Of a stretch of DNA of 64,000 nucleotides, positions 1 through 12,697 are shown in pieces. Position 1 is the stretch's first letter, and every line of letters begins with the position of its first letter. A program made the translations under genes and the position numbers. Below the pieces are notes generated by a model. That model was not told where the DNA came from. It ran no database searches and was given only the letters and a program-made list of their open reading frames with translations. The stretch is from Macrostomum lignano (Eukaryota). The stretch lies in NCBI GenBank assembly GCA_002269645.1, contig NIVC01001989.1:62001-126000 (forward strand), read 5' to 3'.

Positions 1-1179
1 AGTCAATAACCATAAAAAGTATACTTTTATTTGCATTTTAATGTAAGAGAAATATCAAAGTGCAAGTACTAAGATATGCTTTATTCATTTTTTATAGATA
101 AAAAAGATGATTTATTAATGCTACTTTTAACAACACAAAATTTTATGTGCATGTATAAGCCTAAAATAGATCATCATAAACTAAGGCCAAGAACACTAAA
201 ATAACCTTATTGACCTAAAGTTTTTGTTGTGCATTAGAGCTCAGCCTATAGCTTTAGTGCATTATTGCTTCTCTGTCTATGTTGTATATTATATGACTTA
301 AGCTTCACTTAACTTTTGTTCTGTTACTGTTTAGTTAGTCTATGGCAGTATACCCTTTTTTGCAGAGCTCCCCTCTCAGTTTCATCCCTTTTCCCATTAA
401 GACCACATCTAGAGCTACGCATTCAAGATTCCTAATTCAACCATCAAATGCAAACAATAACCTTGCATCATTTATCATTTTAATCTAACATTATCATTCT
501 GATTTAACACATATCAGTTTTAGACCTAATATAAGCCCACAGACTTATTTTTCCAAATTGTTCAGAATTTAGAACTTGTTTATAATTTTAGATAGCAGCG
601 TGGCACAGATTTTCATAGGGCTATCTATGCGGGAATTTTCACTAAAAAGGACATCTATGAGACTATAGAATGCTTGAAAGAAATACAACAACAATGACAG
701 AAATAGTAATGAAACAATTAATTTGATCTGGCTCTTAGTTGGTTCCTATTTATAGTAAAATTTTATTTGTTATTTTAAACAAAACAATATATACAAAATA
801 TTTAATATTTGCATAGTATAACAAAATAATAGAGTTTTGAAATCAGGCCTACATGTTTCTAAAAAAATTTGCCTACTAAAATTAAAAATAAAAACAAAGT
901 CTATTATATAAACAAGGACAAATATAATACAAGGTAAATAAAATTATTAAATGTTAAATGTTAAAATTAATCCATGACACTATCCATGACTTGCACCATA
1001 TTGAAGCAACTAGGCCCTAGGCCTATAGTATACGCACTAGCAATCTTTGCCCCCCAATGGGAGATATCTGGATAGAATCCTTGTTCTTTACAAATAACAA
1101 ATAGACAGTGAAATAAAGCCATCATAAATAAACAACAGACATCCTATATACTAAAATTCCCTCTAAAAACAAAACATTC

Positions 1180-1565
1180 CAAGACAACAAGCATCCTTAG
1201 ACAGCATTCAAGCATTGATCCCCAAATAGCAAGCATCCCCAGACTGCAAGCATCTCCCAGATAGCAAGCATCCCCAGACTGCAAGCATCTCCTAGATAGC
1301 AAGCATCCCTAGACTGCAAGCATCTCCCAGATAGCAAGTATCCCCCCGATAGCAAGCATAACCTGGATACAGAGACCTTATAGATATCTAGCAACCCCCT
1401 CTCAGATAGCAAATACCCTCTATCTCCCAAGAGCAAGCATCTCCCAATAGGCAATAGCAAGTTACCCCAGTAGCAAGCATCCTTCCAATAGGAAGCATCC
1501 CCTAATAACAAGCATCCCTCAGATAGCAAATATCCATCCTTAAATAGCAAGCCTCCACCAGAGAA
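1180..1565. repeat. Degenerate ~20-bp minisatellite (AGCAAGCATCCCCAGAT/ACT)
   Basis: Repeated AGCAAGCATC(T/C)CC motifs; ORF 1197..1568 is just its translation. Boundaries approximate. Confidence 0.8.
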
Positions 1566-1616
1566 CAAGTAGCTAGTGCAATAATTTCCTTAGCTTTATA
1601 GTGGCTCCATTTAGTT

Positions 1617-2305
1617 TTGCATGACACTTCTTTTTATGTTTGAAATGGTGTCTCTTTATGTTTGAAATGGTGTCTCTTTTATGTTTGAAATAGGGGCTCT
1701 TCTATGTTTGACATGGTAGCACTTTAATGTTTGAGATGGTGGCTCTTCTATGTTTGCCATGGCGGCCCTTTTACATTTGAAATGGTGTTTTTGTTATGTT
1801 TAGTTTGACATGGACATGGTGGCTCAGTTGTTTGACATGGTGGCTCTTATGTTTGACATGGAGTCACATATATGTTTGACATAGTGGTTCCCTTATGTGT
1901 GGCATGGTGTCTCTTTTATGTTTCATGTTTGACATGGAGTCACATATATGTTTGACATGGAGTCACATATGGCTCTTTTAGACTTTTAGTATCAAAAATA
2001 GAAGAGCTAGGTCTACAATGTCAAAACATTATTGAGCCAGCATGCCAAACATAAAAAAGACACCATTTCAAATGTAAAAGGGCCGCCATGTCAAACATAG
2101 AAGAGCCACCACGTCAAACATAAAAGAGCCACCATGTCAAACATAACAGCCACCATGTCAAACATAACAGAGCCATCATGTCGAACATTAAAGAGTCACC
2201 ATGCCGAACATTTAAGAGCCATCATGTCAGACATAAAAGAGCCACCATGTCGAACATAAAAGAGCCACCATGTCAAACATAACAGAGCCACCATATCAAA
2301 CATAC
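1617..2305. mobile_element. Foldback-like element: two oppositely oriented arrays of a ~21-bp unit
   Basis: Left array of ATGTTTGACATGGTGGCTCTT units (~1617-1985), right array of AAGAGCCACCATGTCAAACAT units (~2020-2305). 1738-1792 is the reverse complement of ~2054-2110 with about 2 differences. Confidence 0.6.
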
Positions 2306-3518
2306 GTGACTGTAAATAGTAAATAGTAAATAGTATATAGAGCTGAGCTATTGCACCAGGTAAAGTGTAAATATTGCGAAATTAAACTTTCCGCTGATAA
2401 ACTCTTAGAATTTTGTTGATTAAAACAAAAATGATGGTCTAGATCTGCTGTTAATGTTCTTTAAATCATAGAATTCCTATTTGCATTGGGATATATAAAT
2501 ATATATAAGATCAAAAAATTAAGGAGAAGCCAATGTAGTGATCGAGAACACCGGGAGGGGTTTACAAATATCTGGGAGCCAGCAAAGTAGATGTAGTAGT
2601 AGTAAGTAGTAGTAGTAGTAGTAGTAGTAAGTTTGGTTCAGGCCAAGAGCCTGTTTTGCCAATATGATTCGATGTATTTAATATTTGTTCAAAAGGTTGA
2701 TTATTTTTACAAGAACGATGAATACAATTTAAATGATATTTGTTAATTGTATAAGTAAGGTATTTGAAAGAACGTCTGGAATTTTTTCGGTTTTTTCGGA
2801 CGACTACGACTGATCAAACAGAACAACAAGATTTAAAGTAGGGAATAATAAAAGAGAAAAAAAACAGATACCGTATGACCTTGATGCAAAACGATTCTTC
2901 TAAAATGCGATTCAATTAGAGTTAAATATTTCTGTCAATATAACAAATATCGAGTATAAGAAGGAATGCTCTCAATAATAGGCGATTTTTCGTAAAGTGT
3001 AATATTGCTTAATTTGAGTTCACGTGCACTTCTATTATTTTCTCTTTCTTTCTCTCTGCGTCAACCCCCACCCCTGCGTATAGTCTTTCGCGAAATTTCT
3101 TTTCGTTTCTGATTGGCTGTAAACGCGTGAATAACGAACCCTGGAGTGCTTAGTGCCCACCCTGTCGGAGAAATCCAATTGGCTAGGATTTTCTAAGCTG
3201 CGTCTTTCACCCTGCCTCCCCCCCGCGCGGTCAAGTCTAATTCAAGCAAGCTGGCAAGCTAATAAATCAAGTTTCTTTGACTAACGAAGTCTTCTATAGT
3301 TGGCGGGAATTCGAACTCCGGAATACGCGGCTACAAAAGATATAGTATTTGAAAGCGCGTGATATTTGAAAGCGTGAAAAACGAGTATATACGCACTTCA
3401 AACGAACATTTAACGTCTAACGACTAACGAGGATTTAAATAGGAAATTAAAAAAGACAGGAAATGAATATACAACTGAAAGCGGATTTTTTACACTGCTG
3501 ATACACAGTAGTACACTT

Positions 3519-4500
3519 GGCACCGATAACAACAACAACAACAGAATACGCAGGTTAGCGTCACAGGGCGTGCTTCAAGGCCAGGTCACGAATGAACGCC
3601 ACGCCGCCGGCCGAATCCGGGGCGCCGGCGTCAGCCAGCAGGCAGTCGACGCAACGCCGAGTGCGGGCCTGCCCCCGCCGGTAGGGTGCCTGCAGCGTTA
3701 GCAGCAGCACCTCCTGCACCGGCTCTGGGCAGTACGACTCGGCGCGGATGATGTGGCCTGCCAGCTGGAGTCGCCGACGGCGCAACAGGTTGCTTGGACG
3801 GACCAGGCCGACGCGTCGATACAAAGCAACATGCAGTCACCGGGCGGGAAAGCGCTGGGTCCGGACGAGGTGCCCATCGAGGCGCTGCGCATCCACTGTG
3901 TGGCTAGTGAGGTCGCCAGAGTGATGAATCACGTGCTCTTCGGTGAGGAGGCACCCAACGAATGGACCACGGCGCACATCGTCGCAGTTCCTAAGAAGCC
4001 GGGCACCACGAGGCTTGAGGAGCATCGAGGCATCTGCCTTCAGTCCTGCGCTGCACGAAGCTGTTCAACCGGATGCTGTTATCGCGGTTGCAGCCCGTGC
4101 TGGATCCGTACCTGCGTCCTGAACAGAACGGCTTCCGGCCCCATCGCGGCACAGCGACGCAGATCCTGGCTCTTCGGCCAGTCATCGAGGAAGCACGGAT
4201 ACGCCAGTCGATCCTGATTATAATCTTCATAGATTTCAAGAAGGCATTCGACTCGGTCGTCAAGTCTGTGCTCCCAAAGGTGCTCCGTGCGTACAACGTG
4301 CCAGAGCAGCTGAGTTCCGCCATCATGGCCATGTACCGTGATACGAAAGTTGCTGTTTCAATACCAGACGGCCTATTGGACTTCTTTGAGACATCCTCCG
4401 GGGTGCTTCAGGGAGATACGCTTGCGCCGTTCCTGTTTATTCTGGTGCTTGACTGGGTGCTGCGTACCGCTCTTCCTACCAACGACGACGGCACCGATAA
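3519..4500 (-). mobile_element. Truncated, 5'-inverted non-LTR retrotransposon (RTE-like LINE) with 11-bp TSD
   Basis: RT core on + (~3830-4489: KALGPDEV, EQNGFRPHRG, FIDFKKAFDSV, GVLQGDTLAPFLF; one frameshift near 4050). C-terminus on - (3824-3561: LRRRRLQLAGHIIR, stop), then a (TTG)n tail. GGCACCGATAA at 3519-3529 and 4490-4500. Clade assignment tentative. Confidence 0.85.
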
Positions 4501-6005
4501 GCAAACTAGACTACCGAAATTCCGGGTTCCAAAAAGCGTGGAAATAAAATGCCTGAAACCGCTTGAAGATATCTCAGAAAGAGAGAAAATTCGACAGGTT
4601 ATAAATGTGACGCTTGTCATTCTAAAATTTTTTGCTGCGATTAAAGAATTATTTTTTATTTCCCATTCTGTAGAGCTCATGCAGGTGCAATATAAATAGT
4701 GAAATGACGGTTGTTTTGTTTGTGAGCTGGGTAACTGTGGGGGGGGGGCTTGTTTATTTAACTTAGCTTTGTCACCTTGTTTGCAGCTTGCGATCTGCGT
4801 GTACTCAGTAAATAATTGTGTACTCTATGCGTACTCTACTCTGTTCCACGTGCATCATTGCGCTAGCCATTGCCTCGCCCCTTAAGTCTCTACCATTTTG
4901 TACTCTCTCCACTCACAGTATCAGTGCATCAGTGAAATCCAATATTTACAATATTTAAGCTATTTCTCTTGGTCTTCAACTCGTCAAGTACTTAGGCTAT
5001 TCTACAAATATATCGCAAGCATTCACATTCGTTATTAAACAACAATTCAGCTCCTGACTTTCGCGTCACGTCAAATAGTATTCTAACTCAAATACAGTAT
5101 CAGTGTTTTTACGCTCGTATTAAACTGCTTCGCTCTCTTTTCATACCTGTAAAAAATTAGTACGTTCTTTTTAAAAATCTGCAAAAAACTGTCTGACTAT
5201 GTTCTCGGGTTAAGTGCATTCGGATGCAGCTAGTAAATAAATTTTCATTACTCGCGAGTGCAATTACATGCAGATGTGCTTCAATCCTGAATTTAAAATC
5301 CTTGCTAAACCATTAACGCCTGCAAGAGCAGCTGCTTATCTGGCATGTGATGTATGTATTGCTTTGCTGATTTGTGAAGTGCCAACTAAAAAGGACCAAT
5401 CGAAGTACATTTAGATTTAGAAGTAGTAGATACTCGATACACAGAGCTTAAATCACTTTTAATGTCAATTCATACATACATCTGCAGTTTTTTATTCAAG
5501 GAGTAAAGGAGTTGATTGGAGATTGATAAAATGGCTCACCTATAGTCTTATTGCTTGCAATGGACGCAAAAGAGATCGGCTACTGAAAGTAGAAACACAC
5601 GCCCAGCCCATGCAAGTAGCTACACTGTAGAACTGCAAGAACTGAAAGAAATCCTTGCATGGATTAGACGCGTTACAAACCGAAGTTGTCAACTTCAGTA
5701 CATGCATATAGAGACCTAGACAGTGCTAGCGTGAGCTCGAGTCCATTTTGAGCAATTTGAATACATCTGTGCATGTAAAAACTTATAAAAACCTGTAAAA
5801 GAAGCTGAACATGTGTAATATTAATTTATAATAATAAAAATAAAGCTCTGGATTCGCCATACAGATCGAACTCTCTGTGGACTTCCGGAGGGAAATTCTC
5901 CTAGAACTTTACACGTTATATATGATTTTTATATATAAGCATATGAAAGTACACGGTATAGATGTACTAGCGGTTATCAGCTGAGCAATCTGTAACGCAT
6001 GAGTT

Positions 6006-6833
6006 GGCTACAGATGGTTACAGATGACTACAGATGACTACATATAGGTACAGATGGCTACAGATGGCTACAGATGACTACAGATGACTACATATAGGTA
6101 CAGATGGGTACAGATGGGTACAGATGGCTACAGATGGCTACAGATGGCTACAGATGACTACAGATGGCTACAGATGACTACAGATGGCTACAGATGACTA
6201 CAGATGACTACAGATGACTACAGATGACTACAGATGGCTACAGATGACTACAGATGGCTACAGATGACTACAGATGGCTACAGATGACTACAGATGACTA
6301 GATGACTACAGATGACTAGATGACTACAGATGACTACAGATGGCTACAGATGACTACATATGGCTACAGATGACTACAGATGACTAGATGACTACAGATG
6401 ACTACAGATGACTAGATGACTACAGATGACTACAGATGGCTACAGATGACTACAGATGGCTACAGATGGCTACAGATGACTACAGATGGCTACAGATGGC
6501 TACAGATGGCTACAGATGACTAGATGACTACAGATGACTACAGATGACTACAGATGGCTACAGATGGCTACAGATGACTACAGATGACTACAGATGGCTA
6601 CAGATGGCTACAGATGACTAGATGACTACAGATGGCTACAGATGGCTACAGATGGCTACAGATGACTACAGATGACTACAGATGACTAGATGACTACAGA
6701 TGACTACAGATGGCTACAGATGACTACAGATGGCTACAGATGACTACAGATGACTAGATGACTACAGATGACTACAGATGACTAGATGACTACAGATGAC
6801 TACAGATGGCTACAGATGACTACATATGGCTAC
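6006..6833. repeat. 10-bp tandem repeat GATGACTACA/GATGGCTACA
   Basis: About 80 units with two main variants and occasional 8-bp units. Confidence 0.95.
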
Positions 6834-8167
6834 TTGTAGAAAGTGCCGCGACTTGTAATAACGAAACACTCTCCCACTAACAGTGAGTGATCAGCCATGT
6901 TTTGCCAACATGTGTCATCCTGTAATTTAACGGTCAAACGTACGCGAGTTAATAACACTGGGCGTTTAGTTAGAGAGCGGTCATAACTCGTAAGTCATCC
7001 TTATTAACAGTCCTACACTGGATGTGTGTAATTATATTTTAATTTTGGCATAAAATAAGCTACCAATGATTACCTCTAAGCTCCATAAGTTAACTCATAC
7101 TTCAGAAAGTCTATCAGTAACACAATACTTCATGTACCCTTTCCGCCAACACAAACGGTCACGTGAGAGTGTAAACTTTCTACAAAATCTAAGTGTACTG
7201 ATTGGAATTTGCCTGAGATTTGCCGCGCTAACAACTACATTGTGTAGTTTCGACCTTGAACCAGAAATTTATTGTACTTGTCACACCTGAGGGAAATGGA
7301 AAAATCCGGTAACGCCACTCTGCCAACGCAACTGACGTATTCGACTTGGCACACTACGCTCGTAGTAGGTCGCTATTCTAGATGCAGCGCTCGCGAACGC
7401 GTCGCTCAAAAATAGAACAATTGCGCAGGCGTTCCAATGTTTGCTTTGCACGGAAACATGTTCAGGTCTTCAAACTGCGAGCTGTACTTGAGCTGTTGAA
7501 TTGACAGTTCACCCCTGGTCAGGCTAAAATAGAATTTCTGCCATCTCTACAATTTTTTAGCTTCCAAACTATTAAGGTAATTTTACGAAAACACCAATTG
7601 AAGAAAGCTTACGTTCAGGCTAATCAATAATTAGGAAACAAGAAATGAATTTAAAGTAAGTTGGGATGTAACTAGTATGCTCATACATGGTAAGGGTTAC
7701 AATCTCGCTTGGTTGATTCAGATTGTCACACTCTTATAACCTTTGCCTCTTAGTGCAATGCGAATAGGCTTATATGACTGAAGGCAGTCACTCAAAACCG
7801 GACTGCTCTCTATAGCGGGCCAGCATTAAACTAACTAATTACCAGCCACACGTCTGTTTACAATTGAACGCAGGTATTTTATTATTACGAGCTAAAATAA
7901 TAAAAGTCAGTCATGCTTCCAGGCGCCTGCCAATCCGCCTGCCTGACTGCTATCTGCCGTAAGAAACTGAACAGTTTCAATTCAGGTTCCTGACAGACAC
8001 TTGACACAAAAACCAGATAAAATTCGTGCCAATAAGGCTAAGGCCAGCATTATCAATCTGGTTCAAAGCGGTCGCTCGAACTCTTTGAGGCCGGCAACAT
8101 AAATTGAGTGCAACTAGCAGCAGGCTTCAACAAAGCGAAAAGCCTCGGTAGTTCTTAAAGCTCTCGA

Positions 8168-10236
8168 ATGGAGTCACAAGACAACAACAGGCGGGCAGTG
8201 TCCGATGAGGCAATCGGCCTGATGACCAACAAGGCGGCGCCGGAGACGGCGGACGAGCAGGCCTCCGCTCTCGAGGTCGTGCCAGTGAATACCGAGGACG
8301 TGCTGCCCCTGCCGCTAGACAGAGGCTACGCCTGGGTTGTGACTTTCGCCTGCATGATGAACAGCTGCATTGTGGACGGCATCGGAAACTCCTTCGGATT
8401 TTTAATGGTTGACTTCTGCCAGTACTTCAACGCTGATAAGGCGTCCGTGACACTTATCGGGTCACTGATGTGTGGAGTCTATCAAATGATCGGACCAATA
8501 GCTGGTGCTCTTGTGAACAAGTTTGGCTGCCGTCCAGTCTGCATAGCGGGCGCAGTGCTAGCAACCGCTGCCTTCGTGATCAGCAGCTTCGCTCCCAGCC
8601 TCGCCGTTCTCACCTTCTCTTACGGTATTCTCGGGGGCATCGGATTCGGACTGATCTACCTGCCCTCGATGGTCTGCGTCAATTTTTACTTCGAGGAATA
8701 TCGAGCTTTGGCCATGGGGCTGGCCGTCTGCGGCACGGGGATTGGCACCATGGTGATGGGGCCACTGACCAGAGCTCTGACTGAGGAGTTCGGCTGGAGA
8801 AATTGCCTGCTCATTCTGGGAGGAATCGTGTTTAACTCTGCCGTGTTCGGTGCCCTGATGAAGCCGAACGAGCCGGAGCCGGTGCAGCAGAGACGCCGCC
8901 GCACGTCACGTGTGGAGCGAGGTCGCAGGCCTGACGACACAGACGAGGCGGCTGCATGCCGAGAGCTGGTTGCATCAACTGTGAGCGTCAGGAAGATGAG
9001 TACCAGCACCGAGGGCGGAAGCGTGGGAGCCGTGCTGCGATCCCTGCCTGCGCTCGTCGACCACCGGACGAAAATCCCTGCGGGCTCCGCCAGCAACCGC
9101 TGCAAAGTCGCCAAGGCTGCTCGGGCGCGCCAATTTGACGTCAAGGCGGTGTGTGACGACCCCATAGCAACGGCTGCCATTGAGGACTTCAAGCGGCCTC
9201 TGTATCGCAAGGATATCTTCTATGCCGGCTCTGTGGCGAGTCTGGCGAGTTCCAGAATACGGAAAAAGTCAGCAGTGACGCCGAGCCAGCTGGTCATCTC
9301 AATGACGCGAATCCCCGGCGAAATGTCAACTCAAGGTTCAGTGAGAACCATCGCCAAACCGGAAAAGATGCCTGATGGGAAGAGTCTGAGGACGAGACTG
9401 CGGCTTGGGTGCCCAAACCCATCCGTGATGCGTTCCTCCTGATGACCGATTTGTCTCTGTTAAAGGACTCCGGCTTCCTAATAGCTTGGATAGCGAACTT
9501 GGTATCCATGCTATCGTTCTACATTCCGCTATTCTTCATCGGAGACTTCGCCAGAGAGGCCGGAGTCTCCGACGGTGAGTCCAGGTATCTGAATGCAGCC
9601 TTTGGCAGCGCCAACACCCTCAGCCGCATTCTGGTCGGATGGGCCGCCGGCAACCCGAAGGTGTCGCCCCTGCTCGTCAACAATGTCTCGCTGTTCTTCA
9701 GCGCAGTCCTGGTGCTGGTGCTCAACTACTCAACCAGCTTCCCGATGCTGATCGCCACCTACACGGCGCTCGGCGTCACTCTGGGACCCTTCATCACCCT
9801 CACCTCGGAGATTCTGTGCCGCCTAGTTGGCCTAGACAACCTAACCAGCGCTTTTGGCCTCATCATTCTGGCCAGGGGAATCAGTACCTGCGTAGGGTCA
9901 CCGCTCGCAGCCTCCCTGTACAGCCCCAGCACCAAGTACCTGCTCCCGTTCGCTGTGGGCGGCGGCCTCTTCGCTCTGAGCTCCGTCATCTTCAGCATCC
10001 TGCTCCTGCCGCGGTTCAGCCAGCGCCAGGAGGCCAACAAGAGCGAGCTGCAGGAGACCATGCGGAGTGTGCAGAACCTGCACGCCAGCTTCCTGCTGGT
10101 CGAGGGCACCCAGCTGGTGACCAGCAATAGTGTGAATCTGGGCCTCATCGCCAGTAGCGAGCCGAAGACGGCGGCTATGATTATGCGGCAGGACGAGACC
10201 AAGGAGGAGGACGGATTCTTCGAGGCCACCGTGTAG
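8168..10236 (+). CDS. Monocarboxylate transporter (SLC16/MCT family, MFS), intronless, broken by a single -1 frame change near 9412-9418
   Basis: ORF 8168..9442 has N-terminal MCT motifs (DRGYAWVV, LVNKFGCRPV, GGIGFGLIYLPS, YFEEYRALAMG) plus the large cytoplasmic loop. ORF 9409..10236 supplies TM7-12 (DLSLLKD, NTLSRILVGW, LVGLDNLTSAFG). Confidence 0.9.
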
Positions 10237-10881
10237 CCACTGCGGTGAACTTGCATGCATTCGCTTGCCAAGACGGTCTTGGCGATGCCCAGCAAATCTG
10301 AGTTGTAGCATCCGATCCAACTTATTTAAGCCTTTACACACCAGCAATGCAAAGCAATTGCTAGCAATACAGCTATACTGATGAAATGTGTTTGAGTTTA
10401 CTCCTGCGGACTCCGAGGAGAAGTCCGTAACGCTAATGGTGCCTGTGATTGCCTCAGCGATATGACTGCATGCAATGCACGAATCAATCAGTAGTTAATG
10501 AATTGGAATTTATTTTTTAGCCTCGTAATTTTTCATTAGGTGTTTTAATCATCCACTTCAAATTGCTTCTCAAGAACTATCAAAATGATCCCTACATGCA
10601 TGAGCTCCCTAAGATCAATAATATACTGACGGGTCGTCAAACGGCAATTATTAAAAAAACACTTGAAAATCGATCAGTTTTTTTTTCAATTGCAATCCAA
10701 GCCATCCCAACACGGTGCCATTCAGATGAGCAAAATGAGGCAAAGACAACTCAGGCAACACGATGGTGCAAATGCGGTTCGCAGCTGCAGGTCTCGTGTA
10801 TTTCTGCTAGTTAACCAGCCATACGCCGGTACTCAGCATTGCTGCAGTGGAAAATCCCCAGTCCAAGGTCAGTCCAGCAGT

Positions 10882-11550
10882 TTAGCTGTCGGGGGTCGGC
10901 AGGCCCTTGGTCTTCTCGCTGCACGGCTTTCTGCCCTCTCCGCGCTTCGGCTTGTAGAACTTGGCGCTGGCGCACAGCTCGGGCAGCTCGAAGTACTTGT
11001 CCTTGGGCTGGTGGAAGCCGAAGAAGAAGAGAATACCGCCGGAGCACTGGCCGTTCTTCCTGTACTTCTTCTTGATGAGGATCGGCACGCAGCGGTCATC
11101 GATGACGCCGCCCAGCTTGATGGAGAGGTCGCCCTTGGTCATGCGGCCGCAGTGCACGCTGATGGGCACCTTGCGGCTGGTGACGGTGGAGCGGGCCACC
11201 ACGCGGTTGTTCGGCCACATCTTGGGGCACAGGGTGAGGAAGTACTTGGCGTGGCTCACGGGGATCTTCACGCACCGGGCGTTGGCGGCGCTGGTGCCCC
11301 AGGCGTAGTAGCCGACGCCGGCCTCGAAGTCGAACATGGTGTAGTGGTGTCCGGAGTAGTTCTGGGACTTCACCTTGAAGTAGGCGGCCACCTTCTTCTT
11401 CTCCTTGGAGCCGGCGATGCCTCCCAGCAGCTTGAGGTAGGTGCCGTTGTGGTAGCCGAGACCGGCCACTCCGATGGCTCCCTCTCTGGGCGGGTTCTCG
11501 CAGGCCAGGGCGGTGGCCACCAGGGCGGTGAGCAGCAGCAGCAGCTTCAT
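10882..11550 (-). CDS. Secreted 222-aa Cys- and Lys-rich protein, probably ependymin-related (EPDR-like), intronless
   Basis: Signal peptide MKLLLLLTALVATALA, then motifs in ependymin order: CENPPREG, DFEAGVGY..RCVK, DDRCVPI, YFELPELC. 8 Cys, NGT and NYS sequons, strong GC3 bias. CDS is confident; family is by motif recall only. Confidence 0.65.
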   Translation of the reverse strand: MKLLLLLTALVATALACENPPREGAIGVAGLGYHNGTYLKLLGGIAGSKEKKKVAAYFKVKSQNYSGHHYTMFDFEAGVGYYAWGTSAANARCVKIPVSHAKYFLTLCPKMWPNNRVVARSTVTSRKVPISVHCGRMTKGDLSIKLGGVIDDRCVPILIKKKYRKNGQCSGGILFFFGFHQPKDKYFELPELCASAKFYKPKRGEGRKPCSEKTKGLPTPDS

Positions 11551-11627
11551 CTTGAGTCAGAGAGTCTGGATGTCCGGCAGTGAGAAATCGAGTGGACTTG
11601 ATGGACTCTGGTCGCTGGCCAGGGGTG

Positions 11628-11637
11628 CTTTTTATGC
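11628..11637 (-). promoter_or_regulatory. TATA-like box (GCATAAAAAG) ~80 nt upstream of the EPDR-like ATG
   Basis: Motif and position only; a similar GCATAAAT lies ~105 nt upstream of the FABP ATG (25874-25881, -). Confidence 0.3.
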
Positions 11638-12200
11638 ACCTGGACTGCTTGACCACCTGGCAACTCGGCGTTCAAACATTTGGCAACAGAATTTGTTGGC
11701 AACCAGCAGGTGCGCAAATTGATGCTCATGGCTACTGCCGGTGTTTGCTCGGGATCGATGGTCAGCTGACTTGAGCACCGCTTTTCTGCTTGCAAATGTT
11801 ATTTTAATCAAACAATCGGCTTGCTTCCAAAGTAAATTTGTTTTAATAAAGTTTTTAAAAACCATATCGACTCGTTTTTGCGAAGTGCCGAGCAAAAACG
11901 TTTCAACAATAGGTTTATCAAGGTTAGGGTTTTAACAACCCCCATAAGCTTAGCAGAGCTCGTGTTTGCACTGCTGTTTCTGCACTGAATACAGTTTTAT
12001 CAAAATGCAATTCCTAATATCTAGCTATTGTTTAAAAAAACTGTTTGGTGAAAATTTCTGAAGTTAGGGGCGTCGCCAGCGAGGAACAGGGGGCCTGTGT
12101 CCCCCCCCCCCTAAGTAAAAGTCATTGGGGGCATTTTAATGCTTTGTTCCCCAGCCTTGTAACTTGTTATGGAAATCAAGAATCTGCTTCAGGACGCCAA

Positions 12201-12330
12201 AGTGAGTGCCTGCGGCGCTATAATGAGTGACTGCGGCTCTAAAATGAGTGCCTGAGGCGCTAAAATAAGTGACTGCGGTGCTAAAATGAGTGACTGAGGC
12301 GCTAAAATGAGTGACTGCGGCGCCAAAAAT
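12201..12330. repeat. 21-bp minisatellite GAGTGACTGCGGCGCTAAAAT, about 6 copies
   Basis: Direct reading of the units. Confidence 0.85.
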
Positions 12331-12622
12331 CACAACCAAAAATGGTGCGCAGTGACTTCGTTTTCATAGCAGACGAAATAACCAAACTAGCAGACGAAAT
12401 CACGGTCAATCCCAACAACACCAATTATCATATTGATATAGGATTTTTTTGTTTAGCATTCTTTGTCTTGCTCCCCGCCCAACATCATAAAATCCATGGC
12501 GACATCCCTGATAGAAGTTATTCTCTATAGAATTTTTAATTCGAGCTACGCATGCCAATGCTGCAGGGAGCTGAAACGAGTTGAAATATCAAAACAGCAG
12601 CCTAACTTATGCAGTCTCTTGG

Positions 12623-12697
12623 CCATAGACTATAGCAGCTGGCTGGCTGCAGGGATGGAAGCTAATTGGTTGGCCGGAACAGGCTTTTTGTCTATGG
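12623..12697. mobile_element. Possible mini inverted-repeat element bounded by CCATAGAC...GTCTATGG
   Basis: 8-bp inverted termini at 12623-12630 and 12690-12697; the same octamer recurs in several other repeats in the window. Confidence 0.3.

Noticed and set aside
3290-3335. B-box-like GTTCGAATTCC on - as a tRNA gene or SINE head
   Set aside because: No A box or cloverleaf could be identified.
5860-7330. Unique sequence around the 10-bp array, including ORF 7066..7290, as an RNA gene or LTR
   Set aside because: No recognisable motif, paired repeat, PBS or structure that I could support.
10829-10846. 15-mer GTACTCAGCATTGCT shared between the EPDR-like 3' region and the ASAP intron unit
   Set aside because: A single short match; with dozens of repeat units in the window, chance is plausible.
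10663-11656. Overlapping ORFs around the secreted protein (10663..11583 +, 11096..11656 -, etc.)
   Set aside because: Shadow frames of a GC3-rich CDS; no recognisable motifs.
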